Shown in pieces: positions 11,722 to 24,798 of a stretch of DNA of 64,000 bases. Each line of letters opens with the position of its first letter. The stretch's first letter is position 1. The stretch lies in the NCBI RefSeq assembly GCF_006345805.1, contig NC_043006.1:49104001-49168000 (forward strand), written 5' to 3'. The notes below the pieces were generated by a model that saw only the letters and a program-made list of their open reading frames with translations, made no database searches and was not told the DNA's origin. This DNA comes from Octopus sinensis. Its lineage: Eukaryota. Position numbers and translations under genes: made by a program.

Positions 11722-12276
11722 TATGGAAAACTTGCATATTTTGGGGTCAGTTTTACTGATCTCATTCATGGACCATTTTATGATATTAAATCTGTAGATC
11801 ACAACGTGTATAGCCAAGATACTGATGGCATCAGTTCAGCTTCTCTCATCAATTTCACTTTTCAGGATAGCTCTGACTCTATGGCAATATTCTTTCCTCT
11901 GAATTCTGTGTTGGAATTTTCTCCCAAAGCTTCATACTATTTGAGAGAAAATTATCAATAACCAGAGAATTATTGTAGACTCCCAAACATTTCTCAATTC
12001 AGCTTTTTTGTAATCAATCCATGCAATGTAAAGATTTTTTTTTTTTGTCGTTTATGGCAGTCCTTTAGAATCATTTTATTGATTAAATGCTAGTCTTTAT
12101 ATTCATACAAGCCACGTTTACAGCCATTTTTATTCATTGAGGAATATCTTGTTATCCATCAGAAAGGTATATATGTATTCAGTAATGATGGATGTTCATA
12201 CTTTGTACATGCTTGTAAGACATGTTATTGGTCGGTAGTTTTGGCGGTTATTAGTTTCATCAGTTTTGTAGAGTTA

Positions 12277-12285
12277 ATATTATTA

Positions 12286-12331
<46 letters not shown>
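12277..12331. repeat. (ATT)n microsatellite at the 5' junction of the R4 remnant
   Basis: Seen directly. Confidence 0.95.
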
Positions 12332-12332
<1 letters not shown>

Positions 12333-13069
12333 GGCAGTGAGCTGGCAAGATCGTTAGCATGCCAAAAAAAATGCTTAACAGCATTTCGTCTGTCCTTGCA
12401 TTCTGAGTTCAAATTCTACTGAGGTCAACTTTGCCTTTCACCCTTTTAGGGTCAGTGAAATAAGTACTAGTTATGCATTGGGGTCGATGTAATCAACTTA
12501 CCCTTCCCCCAAAATTTCAGGCTTTATGCCTATAGTTAAAAAGGATTATTATTATTATTATTATTATTAGGGTAGAAGTCAAAAGAACCATCAGAAAACC
12601 TGCTTTGCAGTGTTTGTTCTGACTCTTTACATTTTGAGGTCAAATCCTGCCACGGTCAACATTGGTTTTCATCTCTGTGGGGTCAATAAAATGTAGTACC
12701 AGCCGAGTACTGGGGCCAATATAATCAACTAACCATCTCTCATTAAAATTACTAGTTTTGTGCCAAAATTAGAACTTAATATAATTATTGTTGTTGTAGT
12801 AGTTGTTGCTTGACCATGCCCAAACCAGCCCTGATCAGACCTGATGAGGTACCTGAGAACTCTACCCTAACACCCTTTCAAGAATAGAGGGTGGGAAAGA
12901 TATATGGATAGATTATAGAGTAGTGTAGCATAGTTTTATGTAATGTTAGGCCTTTGCCCTGTATTAGGATTCAGAAGTCTTCGGTCACATATCTGATATG
13001 AATAGTGTATGGAAGTGTTGGGTAAGTGTTGTACAAATATAATGCAGAACTTTATAATTTCCTTCTGCT

Positions 13070-13460
13070 CCTCCTCCTTTGTTTTTAACATCCACTTTTC
13101 CATGTTTGCATGGGTCAGTTGGAATTCTTTGAGACAAATTTTTCTAGTAGATGCCCTTCCTGTTACCAACCCTCACTGATTTCCAAACAAGGAAGTATTT
13201 CACCCTGAAATGTTATGTTTTCATGGAAGATTTGCAAATAAATAACATCACTTATATGACAGTGATCTACATTTACAACTACCATACAGTGTCAAGACAA
13301 GGAAGTACAAACACACACATGCAACAAGCTTCTTTCAGTTTCCATCTATCAAATCCACTCACAAGGCTTTAGTCAGGCTGGGACTATAGTGGAAGTCACA
13401 TGCCCAAGATGCTATGCAAGATGCCAAAGAAAGTTTCTTCTCTACACAGCCATGCTTGCT
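13070..13460 (-). mobile_element. SINE with a family A head/core but an RTE-like 3' tail (A2); another copy at ~57750-58140(-)
   Basis: aaatccactcacaaggc core joined to gatgcccttcctg...gcatggaaaagtggatgttaa tail. Confidence 0.7.
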
Positions 13461-14642
13461 CCAATATCTTTTATTTTTTAGAATTAATGTACAAAGAACA
13501 CTGTTTCAGTTGGTAAGGTGTGATTTGAAGACTTGACTGCTATTTCTAGCAGGAAGGCGACCATATAGAGGTTCTCTCATTTTTAAGCTAGACCAGAAAG
13601 TTTCAGTACATGATGGGTCTGGGAATTTCAAGACACAGTGTCTGTGAGTTGGTGGAGAGAAACAGATGATTACATCTAGAAAGTTTTACATGGTGGCTAG
13701 GTTACAGAGTTATCAAGTTCAATGAAGCATAAACTGAAATAGTAGTAGTGGCATTGTTGTTGTTGGTGGTGGTGGTAGTTACTGGAAGTGGCAAAAAGAA
13801 GACATGTTTGTGAATTTGATGGGAAGTGAATTAAGTGGTTAAAAGTGAAAAGTACCATGACTCCAAAAACTCTGTCGAGGGAGGGGAACCTCGAGGAGTG
13901 GTGCTTAGTTTTGTTTTCATATGAGCATGAAGCAGATACCTCTTGAGACCCCTGGTTTTTTTTTGTTTTTTTTAGGGATTGGTGAGCAGATGTGATATGA
14001 AGGAGGAAAAGATGTTGTGTCAAGTTAAGTTTAGCAAGCAGATATCTACTTAAATCTCATCCATGAGTTTTTTTTTAAGAGCTGGTCCCTAATTCTGGCT
14101 TCCTGACATGAAGTGGCTGAGAGATAGACAACTTAGTTTATGGCAGATAACATTTCCAGATGATCTGGTATGTGCTTCCATTAGCTATGTGAATTGAGGT
14201 AGCAAGGGATAAAATGTTCTGCTGAGGAACGTAATGGAATGCCTGAAATGGAATTCAGCTCTAGATCCCGACATAGTTGCATCCTCAATCACATGGCTCT
14301 CCAACCACAAGGTTTTCGGTTCAGTCCTACTGCATGGCACCTTGAGAAGGTTTTCTGTTATACCCCTGGACTAATTCCTTGTAAGTGAATATGGTAGATG
14401 AAAACTGTGTCCGTTTTCCATGCTGGCATGGTTGGATGGTTTGACATGAAGCTGGCCAGCTGGGGAACCTTCCAGGCTCCAACTGTCTGTTGTGGCATGG
14501 TTTCTATGACTGGATGCCCTTCTTAATGCCAACCACTTTGCAGAGTGTACTGGGTACCGATTTTACATGCCATTAGTATAGGTGTGTTCATGCAACACTG
14601 GCATGAGTGCATTTTATGTGGTACTGATTGATTTGTGAGCAT

Positions 14643-14674
<32 letters not shown>

Positions 14675-15720
14675 AGGTGCAGTGGTGTCACTGGAAGACT
14701 AACAGAGAAAATGGTCTTTACATGAGGCAGATGTGCAAATACATTAAACACCAGGAATATACAGAAAATAGACTCCCACAAATATCAGGGGTGGATCCTT
14801 AGAAGTAGTAGACAGTTTCCGTTACTTAGGTGACCAAGTTAGTAACGGGGGAGGTTGTTCTGAACGCATAGCTGGTAGAATAAGAATAGACCTGGCAAAG
14901 TTCAGAGAGCTACTAAATCTGTTAGTAATGAAGAGCCTCTCCCTCAGAATGAAAAGCAGATTATATGATACCTGTATACAGACAGCTATGCTACATGGTA
15001 GTGAGACATGGGCTGTGACTACTGAGGATATATGAAGGCTTGAAAGAAACGAAGCCAGTATTCTCTGCTGGATGGGTAATGTCAGCGTGCATATGCAACA
15101 GAGTGTAAGTGGTTTGAGAGAAAAACTGGTATACATAGCATCAGATGTAGTGTGCAAGAGAGGAGACTGTGCTGGTATGGCCATGTAATGCGTAGGAATG
15201 AAGACAGTTGCATCAAGAGGTGCCAATCTCTAATTGTGGAAGGAACATGTGGAAGGGGTAGACCCAGGAAGACATGGGACAAAGTGATGAGAAAGGATTT
15301 ACAGACACTGGGACTCACAGAGGTGATGACAGGAGACCGAGACTTCTGGCGGTTTGCTGTGCATGAAAAGGCATGTCAAGGTAAGTAAAAATGTGGTTGT
15401 CCTTGCATACAGGCTCATCCCCAGCATCCCTCTTCAGCTGAGCATTCCTAATCTTGCAGGCTCATAGGTGCTGGTACCATGTAAAAAGCACCTGTACTGG
15501 TACCATGTACATGCACCCATATTGGTGTTGTGTAAAAGCAGCCAGTATACTCTGTAAAGTGGTTGACATTAGGAAGGACATCCAGCTGTAGAAACCATGC
15601 CAAAACTGACATGGAGCCTGGGCAGCTCTTCAGCTTGCCTGCTCATATCAAACCATCCAACCCATGCTAGCATGGAAACAGACATTAAATGATGATAATG
15701 GTAATGATGATGATGATGAT
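14675..15720 (+). mobile_element. 5'-truncated RTE-clade LINE (RT C-terminus plus 3' UTR)
   Basis: FRYLGDQV, AMLHGSETW, RLCWYGHVMR, GRGRPRKTW; (GAT)n tail. Confidence 0.9.
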
Positions 15721-15877
15721 GTGTTTGTGTCCCTGCTCACTGCTTGACCATCAGTGTTGATTTGTTTATGTGCCCTTAACTTAGTGGTGCAGCAACAGAG
15801 ATTGACAGAATAAGAATCAGACTGTGAAAAAAAAAATACTGTTAGTCTTCCAGTGACACCACTGCACCTATAGACAC

Positions 15878-16256
15878 AGGAGTGGCTGTGTGGTAAGTAG
15901 CTTGCTTACCAACCACATGGTTCTGGGTTCAGTCCCACCACGTGGCACCTTGGGCAAAGCCTTATGAGTGGATTTGGTAGACAGAAACTGAAAGAAGCCT
16001 GCCGTATATATGTATATATATATATACATATGTGTGTGTATATGTTTGTGTGTCTGTATTTATCACCCCAAAATTGCTTGACAACCAGTGCTGGTGTGTT
16101 TACATCCCCATAACTTAGTGGTTCAGCAAAAGAGACCGATAGAATAAGTACTAGGCTTACAAAGAATAAGTCCCGGGGTCGATTTGCTTGAATAAAGGTA
16201 GTGCTCCAGCATGGCCGCAGTCAAATGACTGAAACAAGTAAAAGAGTTAAAGAGAG
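15878..16256 (+). mobile_element. SINE family A copy
   Basis: Colinear with 5477-5871. Confidence 0.9.
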
Positions 16257-18269
16257 TACTGGGGCTGATTTATTCAACTAAACCCTTCAAGGCAGTGTCC
16301 CAGAATAACTGCCGTCCAATGACTGAAGCAAGTTAACAATAAAACATTGAAGTCTGAAGTATTCTCAGGACTTAATAAGCAAGCAGTATCATTTAGATAA
16401 AGAATCCTTCAAACTAAAGTAACGAAATACTGGACGAGCAGCTGAGAAGTTCGTAGCTTGTATCTTATCACCAGCAGTATTGAATTGAAATGCTTCCCAA
16501 ACAGCCCATTCAACTAGTCACAGCTAGCTATTCTAGAATTAGGAACAAGCCACTACTATGCTTTGTGGTAGCTCTGTGCTGGTTGATCATTGTTTCTGCC
16601 CACTCTGAGATATTTCTCAGCCTGTTTCTGTCTGAATTATGCAAATTACTTAGGCTATAAATGTGTTCTGTGAAGGTGCATGGCTCAGTGGTTAGAATGT
16701 TGGGCTTACAGTCATGAGGTAGTGAGTTCCATTCCTTAGGCTATAAATGTGTTCTGTGAAGGTGCATGGCTCAGTGGTTAGAATGTTGGGCTTACAGTCA
16801 TGAGGTAGTGAGTTCCGTTCCTGGACTGGGCAATGTGTTGTGTTCTTGAGCAAGACACTTCATTTCCCTTTGCTCCAGTTCACTCAGCTGTAGAAATGAG
16901 TTGCAGTGTCACAGGTGCCAAGCTGTATCAACCCCTTTGCCTTTCCCTTGGATAACATCAGTGGTGTGGAGAGATGAAGCTGGTATGCATGGGCAACTGC
17001 TGGTCTTCCATAAACAACCTTGTCCAGACTTGTGCCTCAGAAGGGAACTTTCTCAGTGCAATCACATGGTCATTCATGACTGAAGGGGTCTTTACCCTTT
17101 TTAAATGTATTCTACTCTTTTTTGTATAAGTCTTAATCCCTTGACTGCTGGAGATAAGGTTGGACAACTGCTGTGCTGATGATGGCTATTGAGTCAGGAA
17201 CATGTGTCCATGACTATCTCCTTCAAACAATAAGCTTGTCCTTTTCTTCAATGGTAATTATGACACATTCTTAAGAGGCAGCGATAATTTTAATAAATCA
17301 AAAATGTATTATATATTGTATGGTATTTGATATACCTGCATTTGTCTTTAGCTATCTATGTGTAGTTTGGAGAACACATGGGGTCTGCCAGCTTCACTCT
17401 AAAAGCTAAATGGTAACTAAATTGGTAATGTATCAGACAAGATATTGTGTGATTGGTAGTTCAAATCTTATCACCAGCACTGTGTAGTTTTTTTTGATAT
17501 TTTTGACAACATGCTGGAGTACACAACATAGTTCACTCCTGTTGCATTTTAAGAAATACTCGAAGCAGCAAATACTTGAAACAACAATGGAACCTCCACA
17601 CATTCATGCAGCCTGATAGAAATAGCAGCCTAATTCTTTAAAAATAAAGATCACATTAGCAGACAGTGTATGTCCTAGATAAACACTCCCCCACCCCCAT
17701 CCCCCACACTCAAAGATCATGGTGGTCAACTCTGGAATGACTTTGATTATAGTTCTGCTCACTCAGGGATGACCTAGAGTTAAACATCAGCAGTAGCAGC
17801 TGTACATACTGTAGATTTCTTAAAAGCTCTATTCTTCTTTCTCTGCTGTATAAAATCCAATAGCACAGTTCAACTATCTATAAATAGGTACCAGAGGGAA
17901 GGGCCATCTCACTTCTATCAAGTTTGCATTTCCAAAATTGATGAGTACTTTATGATCCAGTGTAGATTTCCTTATTTAAGGCAGTAAGATGTGAACTGAG
18001 GAAGATGTAGCTGCTATTTCTGGTGGGTAAGAGGGATTACATTGAAACCTTCTCGTTGTATCATGCTGCGTGTAGTTTTATTCAAGCAAACTACTCATAA
18101 AAGGAAAGATTACATTTCAAGACAGTAATTTGAACTTGCACCTATAAAATTTGACCAGCTGCTTTAATTAAAATCAGTCAGGTTATTTTTAGTAGCTGAT
18201 ATTTGTTATCAATAGCAACGTTATGGAAGTAAAATTTTGTAGGTCAAGTTCAAATTACAGTCACAACCA

Positions 18270-19150
18270 AATATAGTCTTCCTTTTAAGAGTGATTCACT
18301 CCAATGGTGTTCCCATCAATAATGCTCCATTCATTTAGGAATAGCACATGTTAAATAAAATTCTTCAAAATTTGTCTCACGCATGAAATTCTATAGCTAT
18401 TTATGACTCAAGATCATTTACCCACTTATCTTAAAATCAGACAATTTTCCACCATTTTGCAGAGGACAAATATAATCTATGAGATTGTGTTACAGCAGAA
18501 CCAAAATCAAACTCACCTGTGGCAATACTCTTATATAATCAATCAATAATGATGTGGCTGGCATCATTATGTCGGCTTTGCATTCTTCCTTCAAGTTTTA
18601 ATGATCACACTTGATACCTGCATAGGTGATTACAGAATCTAATGACATATGTTCATTGTTCAGTCACTCACAACTCTTCATTACTTTCACCTGTAACTCT
18701 AAATGGAAAGAAATTCAAAAAAATCTTTTTCAAAGTGAAACATGCAGTCACAGGTATGACCTCAAAACCAGGGATTTCCACTTAAGAACATTATATATTT
18801 TGGCCAGTTAGTCATATGTATGCCCAAAAATGGTGAGAAAAAATGGGACTTGCTATATCTTGTTATGGTTAATGAAACAGATTCAGTCCAATGAAATATA
18901 TTCCTTCATATCAGCAGAGCTCCCACATCCTGGATGAGATAAGCTCTTCAATGTTGTTAAAACCCAAACTGTTCATGGCTTAAATGATTTCCTCAACAGG
19001 AATTAATCTTGCATGGAAAGCAAATGCATCCAATGGTTTCCAAGTCCATTCGCCAACGAATCCCAAACAAATGAAAATGGTTATCCTTCTCATAGATGAA
19101 TAACATCAAAGTATACAGGATTCTAAGATGTGGTTGAACAGTATTAAAAT
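18270..19150 (+). mobile_element. Degenerate Helitron Rep fragment
   Basis: LFITFTCNSKWKEIQ (Rep motif 1), frameshifted YILLWL, FISAELPHP, TQTVHG and NGYP, in Helitron order. Confidence 0.85.
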
Positions 19151-19330
19151 TGAAAACTTTTGTTATTTTTGACAACATGCTGGAGTACATAGCATAATAC
19201 ACTCCTGTTGCATTTTAAGAAATACTCGAAATAATTTTCAGAAATACTCAAAGCAGCAAATATTTGAAACAACAATGGAACCTCCACACATTCATGCAGC
19301 CTGATAGAAAGAGCGACCTAATACTTCTTT

Positions 19331-19765
19331 AATAATGGAAGGCAAGGTTTACGATATCGGAAGAATATCGTCTCCTTCCATCATCTTTTTGTTCTTCATG
19401 TAGTTCAGGCTTTCGACAGGCAAAGAGAGAAGACTTCAAGTACAAACGCTATTTGCAACTGGTTTATTTACAGGATTCACAGGATAGGTGTAGTGTGCTG
19501 CTCTCCACTACCATCTTTAGTGTGGGCACATTGCCTCTGGAGATAGACAGGCAGATAGCCTCAGCCAGTGGTGGTGTCCGCAAAGTGACGCCAAAAAGGG
19601 AGAGATTTGAATCGGGTTTTCCCTTTATATGGTCTCCATTGCGAGCCTCGTTGTGATCTCACGCATGGCAAATGGATGCAGGTGAGGTCTCGCTCCAGTC
19701 TCGGAGATGGCAATGTCTGCCGCGAGATCTCATCCAATACGGCGCTGGCTGCTTGTGCCGCTACA
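19331..19765 (-). mobile_element. GC-rich 435-bp LTR-like insertion (solo LTR candidate)
   Basis: CTTT TSD; absent from the paralogous segment near 17636; TGTAG...CTACA core (19399-19765); minus-strand TATAAA (~19624-19629) and AATAAA (19463-19468). Confidence 0.6.
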
Positions 19766-20081
19766 CTTTTAAAATAAAGAACAGATTAGTAGACAATGTA
19801 CGTCCTAGATAAACACTCCTCCACCCCCATCCCCCATACTCAAAGATTATGGTGGTCAACTCTGGAATGACTTTGATTATAGTTCTGCTCACTCAGGGAT
19901 GACCTAGGGTTAAATAACAGCAACAGCAGCTGTACATACTGTAGATTTCTTAAAAGCTGTATTCTTCTTTCTCTGCTGTACAAAATCTGGTTGTTTGTTG
20001 ATAAGAATTAAAACATAGACAATTTGCTCCTTATGGTAGAAAATAGGTTCCTAGTTACCAAAGAAGATTGCACAAGTGTTG

Positions 20082-20082
<1 letters not shown>

Positions 20083-20167
<85 letters not shown>

Positions 20168-21000
20168 CTAGTGCCAAAGGGCTGCATTGAGTTAAGGCAA
20201 GAGACTCACACAATTCAAGATCACCAACACCACCTCTATTCATCATCATCACCATCACCATCACCATCATTATTATCATCATCATAACCACCACCACTAC
20301 CACCACCATCAATCATAAAGCAAAAAAAAACATCTTCATAAGCATCAACATTATCATCATCATCTGGAGTGGCTGTGTGGTAAGTAGCTTGCTTACCAAC
20401 CACATGGTTGCAGGTTCAGTCCCACAGCATGGGACCTTGGGCAAGTGTCTTCTACTATAGCCTTGGGCTGACCAAAGCCTTGTGAGTGGATTTGGTAGAT
20501 GGAAACTGAAAGAAGCCCGTCGTATATATGTATATCTATATATGTGTGTATGTTTGTGTGTCTGTGTTTGTCTCCGCAACATCGCCTGTCAACCGATGCT
20601 GGTGTGTTTACATCCCCATAACTTAGTTGTTCAGCAAAAGAGATCGATAGAATAAGTGCTAGGCTTCCAAAGATAAGTCCTGGGGCCGATTTGCTCGACT
20701 AAAGGTGGTGCTCCAGCATGGCCACAGTCAAACGAATGAAACAAATAAAAGAAAGGGGAGAGTATCATTCATCGTCGTGGTCATCATTGTCATTATCATC
20801 ATCACTATCACCGCCACCATTATCGTTATCATCATCATCATCATCATCATCATTTAATGTCCATTTCCCATCCTTTCCATCATTTAATGTCCATTTTCCC
20901 ATCCATTCATCTTCCACATCACAGTCATCATCACCATCACCATCACCATCATCATCATCATCAGCAGCAGCAGCAGCAACATTATCATCATTATTGCTTC
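20083..21000. repeat. Microsatellite-rich block: (TA)n(TG)n(TA)n, (CAT)n/(CAC)n and (CAG)n
   Basis: Seen directly; flanks a SINE A copy. Confidence 0.95.
20366..20760 (+). mobile_element. SINE family A copy
   Basis: Colinear with 5477-5871. Confidence 0.9.
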
Positions 21001-21202
21001 TTATAGACAGATTCAAGTCAGTCAGTATTTCTCTGTAGACATTGATTTATTTATACACAAAAAACAAAAAGAAAGACTGCAATATGTCATATTTTCATCA
21101 ATCATGAGTCATTACCACCTCAGCGTAATTTCACATCCTTTTTAAGTTTTGAACTAATTACTTCATCTAAGGTATTCTTTGGCCTCCTCACACACTGCAG
21201 CA

Positions 21203-21249
<47 letters not shown>

Positions 21250-21416
21250 TCACTGTGATCTCACCACACCTTTCACTCAGCATGCTTGCTACTGGCACTA
21301 ATTCTCATTTGCAAATATATCAAGCAACACCAATACATGCAATTTCCAATTGCAATTTTCAGCTCATTTCTTCTTCTTCAGCGTCGGCATTGGTGGCAGC
21401 GTCGGCGGCGGTGTTT

Positions 21417-21460
21417 TCTTCTTCTTCTTCTTCTTCTTCTTCTTCTTCTTCTTCTTCTTC
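21417..21460. repeat. (CTT)n microsatellite
   Basis: Seen directly. Confidence 0.95.
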
Positions 21461-22446
21461 TCATATCTCTAAATTTAATGTTTCATGTTTATTTATTCGT
21501 TCATTTATTTATTTATTCATTTATTTATTTATTTATGTTGAGTCAAGTATGTCAACACCAAAATGGAAATCAAATGGAAATTGTAGCTGTGATACCTGTG
21601 CCGGTGGCATGTAAAAAGCACCAGCCGATCGTGGCTGTTGCTAGCCTCCTCTGGCCCCTGTGCCGGTAACATGTAAAAAGCACCCCCGACAAATAACGTG
21701 AGTTCATGTCTGTTTCCTGCACCAGCTTCACATAGCAGGCCCAGCATCAAGCTGTAGAAACACTGCCAGATCAGACTGGAGCCTGGTGCAGCCTCCTGGC
21801 TTCCCAGACCCTGGTCAAATCGTCCAACCCATGCTAGCATGGAAAATGGACGTTAAACGATGATGATGATGATGTTGTTATTGTTTTCCAATTTATTAAT
21901 TTGAATTCATCAATACTCACTTGTAAGTCTTCTTACATTATACATTACTTTTTACTTGTTTCAGTCATTTGACTGCGGCCATGCTGGAGCACTACCTTTA
22001 GTCGAGCAAATCGACCCCAGGACTTATTCTTTGTAAGCCTAGTACTTATTCTATCGATATCTTTTTCTGAACCACTAAGTTACAGGGACCTAAACACACC
22101 AGCATCAGTTGTCAAGCGATGTTGGGGGACAAACACAGACACACAAACATATACACACACACATATTTATATACATATATACGACGGGCTTCTTCCAGTT
22201 TCTGTCTACCAAATCCACTCACAAGGCTTTGGTCGGCACAAGGCTATTGTAGAAGACACTTGCACACATGGCACTTGCAGTGGGATTGAACTCAGAACCG
22301 TGTGGTTGGTAAGCACTCCTGCGTCTGTTCATGAATCATCTTATTAATCTTTTTATTCATTCATTTTTTTTTTTTAATGGGAAGGAAATCACTTTAGTAA
22401 TAATAACTGTTTCTTGAAATATTCCTTGCTGTGGATCCAACCATTC

Positions 22447-22477
<31 letters not shown>

Positions 22478-23212
22478 TACCTTTTATATCTTTGATCTTT
22501 TACTTGTTTCAGTCATTAGGCTGAGGCCATGCTGGGGTACTGCCTTGAAGAATTTTAATCAAATGAATTGACCCCCCACCCCCACCTCCAACTTATTTTT
22601 TTTAAAGCCTACCAGTCTCTTTTGTCAAACATCTAAGTTATGGGGATGTAAACATACCAACACTGGTTATCAAGCAGTGCTGAGGGACAAACGCAAAGAC
22701 ACACACGTGCGCGCGCACATACACACACACACATGATGGGCTTCTTTCAGCTTCCATCTACTAAACTCACTGACAAGGCTATAATGGAAGACACCTGCTC
22801 AAGATGCCATATAGTGGGACTGAACCCAGAACCATGTGGTTGGGAAGCAAACTTCTTACCACACAGCCACAAGAAATAGATTGCCAGTGACTTCAAATTT
22901 TCTGGCTCAGTTTCCTTCGCTGAGACTTCAAACTTACTGTCAACTATTCTTTTGTAAAAATAAAAATATATGATATTCTGCTTAATTGTATTGACTTATC
23001 TTTCATTTAATTTCTGACTGATTTTCTTTTTTTTTTTTTGGTGTGTGTAATATATAAAAGTGTGTGTGTATGTATCTGTATGCACGTATATGTGTGTATG
23101 TATATTTATACCAGTGTTTCTCAACTGGGATTCCTCTCCACAAAAGGTTCCTAGGGGTTCCACGAGAACGAGTGAAATAAGCTAAAGCTAATTTCATTAT
23201 CGTAATATTACT

Positions 23213-24146
23213 ATGCTCCGATGGATGTGTAATGCCGGTACTCACACTGGGCAGAGTGTAAGTACCTTGAGAGAAAAGCTGGACCTAAGAAGCATCAGTT
23301 GTGGTGTGCAAGAGAGACGTTTGCGCTGGTATGGTCATGTGGCGAGAATGGATGAAGATATTTGTGTGAAAAAGTGCCACACCCTAGCGGTTGAGGGAAC
23401 CTGTGGAAGAGGCAGACCCAGGAAAACCTGGGACGAGGTGGTGAAGCACGACCTTCAAACTTTAGGTCTCACTGAGGAAATGACTAGAGACCGAGACCTC
23501 TGGAAGTGTGCTGTGCGCGAGAAGACCCGGCAGGACAAGTGAGTCCATAACCCGTGGCCTTCTACATGGGATGGAGCCAGCCTACGTATGCATACCTTCC
23601 CTTCTTGGGACACAAAACTCTACTTGTGAAGACGTGTTGAGGCAAGTGAGGATCAGAATCGAAATCGATCAATGGAAATTGCGGATGTGTTACCAGTGCC
23701 GGTGGCATGTCGAAACTCTACTTGTGAAGACCCGTTGAGGCAAGTGAGGATCAGAATCGAAATCGATCAATGGAAATTGCAGATGTGTTACCAGTGCCGG
23801 TGGCATGTAAGAGAACTTTCCATTTCGCGACCGTTGCCAGCACCGCCCCGTTTCGTGTCCGTTGCCAGCCTCGCCTGGCCCTCGTGCTGGTGGCACATAA
23901 AAAGCACCATCCGTTCGTGGCCGTTTGCCAGCTCCGTCTGGCACCAGTGCGGGTGGCACGTAAAAAGCACCCACTACACTCACGGAGTGGTTGGCGTTAG
24001 GAAGGGCATCCAGCCGTAGAAACACTGCCAGATTTGACTGGGCCTGATGAAGCCTTCTGGCTTCACAGACCCCAGTAGAACCGTCCAACCCATGCTAGCA
24101 TGGAAAACGGACGCTAAACGATGATGATGATGATGATGATGATGAT
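23213..24146 (+). mobile_element. 5'-truncated RTE-clade LINE, relatively intact
   Basis: Open frame RLRWYGHVARMDED...GRGRPRKTWDEVVKHDL to a stop at 23542; 3' UTR and (GAT)n tail. Confidence 0.92.
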
Positions 24147-24798
24147 GCATTGGCTTTGGTCGGCCCGAGGCTATAGTAGAAGACACTTGCCCAAGGCACC
24201 ACGCAGTGGGAATGAACCCGGAACCATGTGGTTGGTAAGCAAGCTACTTACCACACAGCCACTCCTGCACCTGTGTTCAAATTCCGTTTAAGGTTGACTT
24301 TGCCTTTTGTCTGTTTGAGGTCAATAGAATAGGTAATTGACTTAGCCCCAACCCTCAAAGTTGCTGGCACAGTGCCAAACTGTGAAACCAATATTATCTT
24401 ACCGTTATACCATATGTACCCCCGCCACACACACACATACATATACACATGCGCACCATATTATGTATAACATACACACATATACATTCTAACATTTGGT
24501 CTTGGCCTAATTTGGAAAAAGAACACACACACACATACCCTTTCTTCTAATGACTTAATAGATTAGAGGTATTGTCAGTTTGGTGTTTCAAGTAATTAGG
24601 TCAATGCCTGTCTCTTCAGACAAAGATAGATAGCTACACAGATTCTCAAGCTTTGTTATATTATCATTGGCAGCAACTGCTATTGGTAACTAGGAAACCT
24701 CAGCGTTCAGCTTGCAATCATACCACAAAATTCTCATGATCAACAAGTGATTGATAAACCGCTTCGAAGCTATATCAAGCATTTAAAAATTAACGTCA

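Larger units (their letters stand above)
9093..12265 (-). mobile_element. Degenerate 5'-truncated R4/Dong-clade LINE (RT plus restriction-like endonuclease), interrupted by three insertions
   Basis: Frameshifted translations NYRPITCLTSMYKV, NLYIAWIDYKKA, MYHLKVDVDRLYIP, ASGLKLETASFIIAAQ, RPDI and KYKDLEIEVSKM, in canonical order; degenerate (TAA)n tail near 9093-9110. Confidence 0.85.
17497..19990. repeat. Direct duplication of a ~370-bp segment: 17497-17865 versus 19167-19330 plus 19766-19990
   Basis: Colinear high identity by eye. Confidence 0.85.

Noticed and set aside
12838-12875. CTGATGA followed by a GGTA/TACC stem
   Set aside because: No GAAA after the stem, so not a hammerhead. Similar partial hits near 17176, 24036 and 47840 were rejected for the same or related reasons.
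16639-16646. Isolated octamer ATGCAAAT (also at 46058-46065)
   Set aside because: Expected by chance in AT-rich DNA; no snRNA gene or PSE is nearby.
20024-21669. Many ORFs with poly-D, poly-S, poly-M or YI runs
   Set aside because: Translations of microsatellites.
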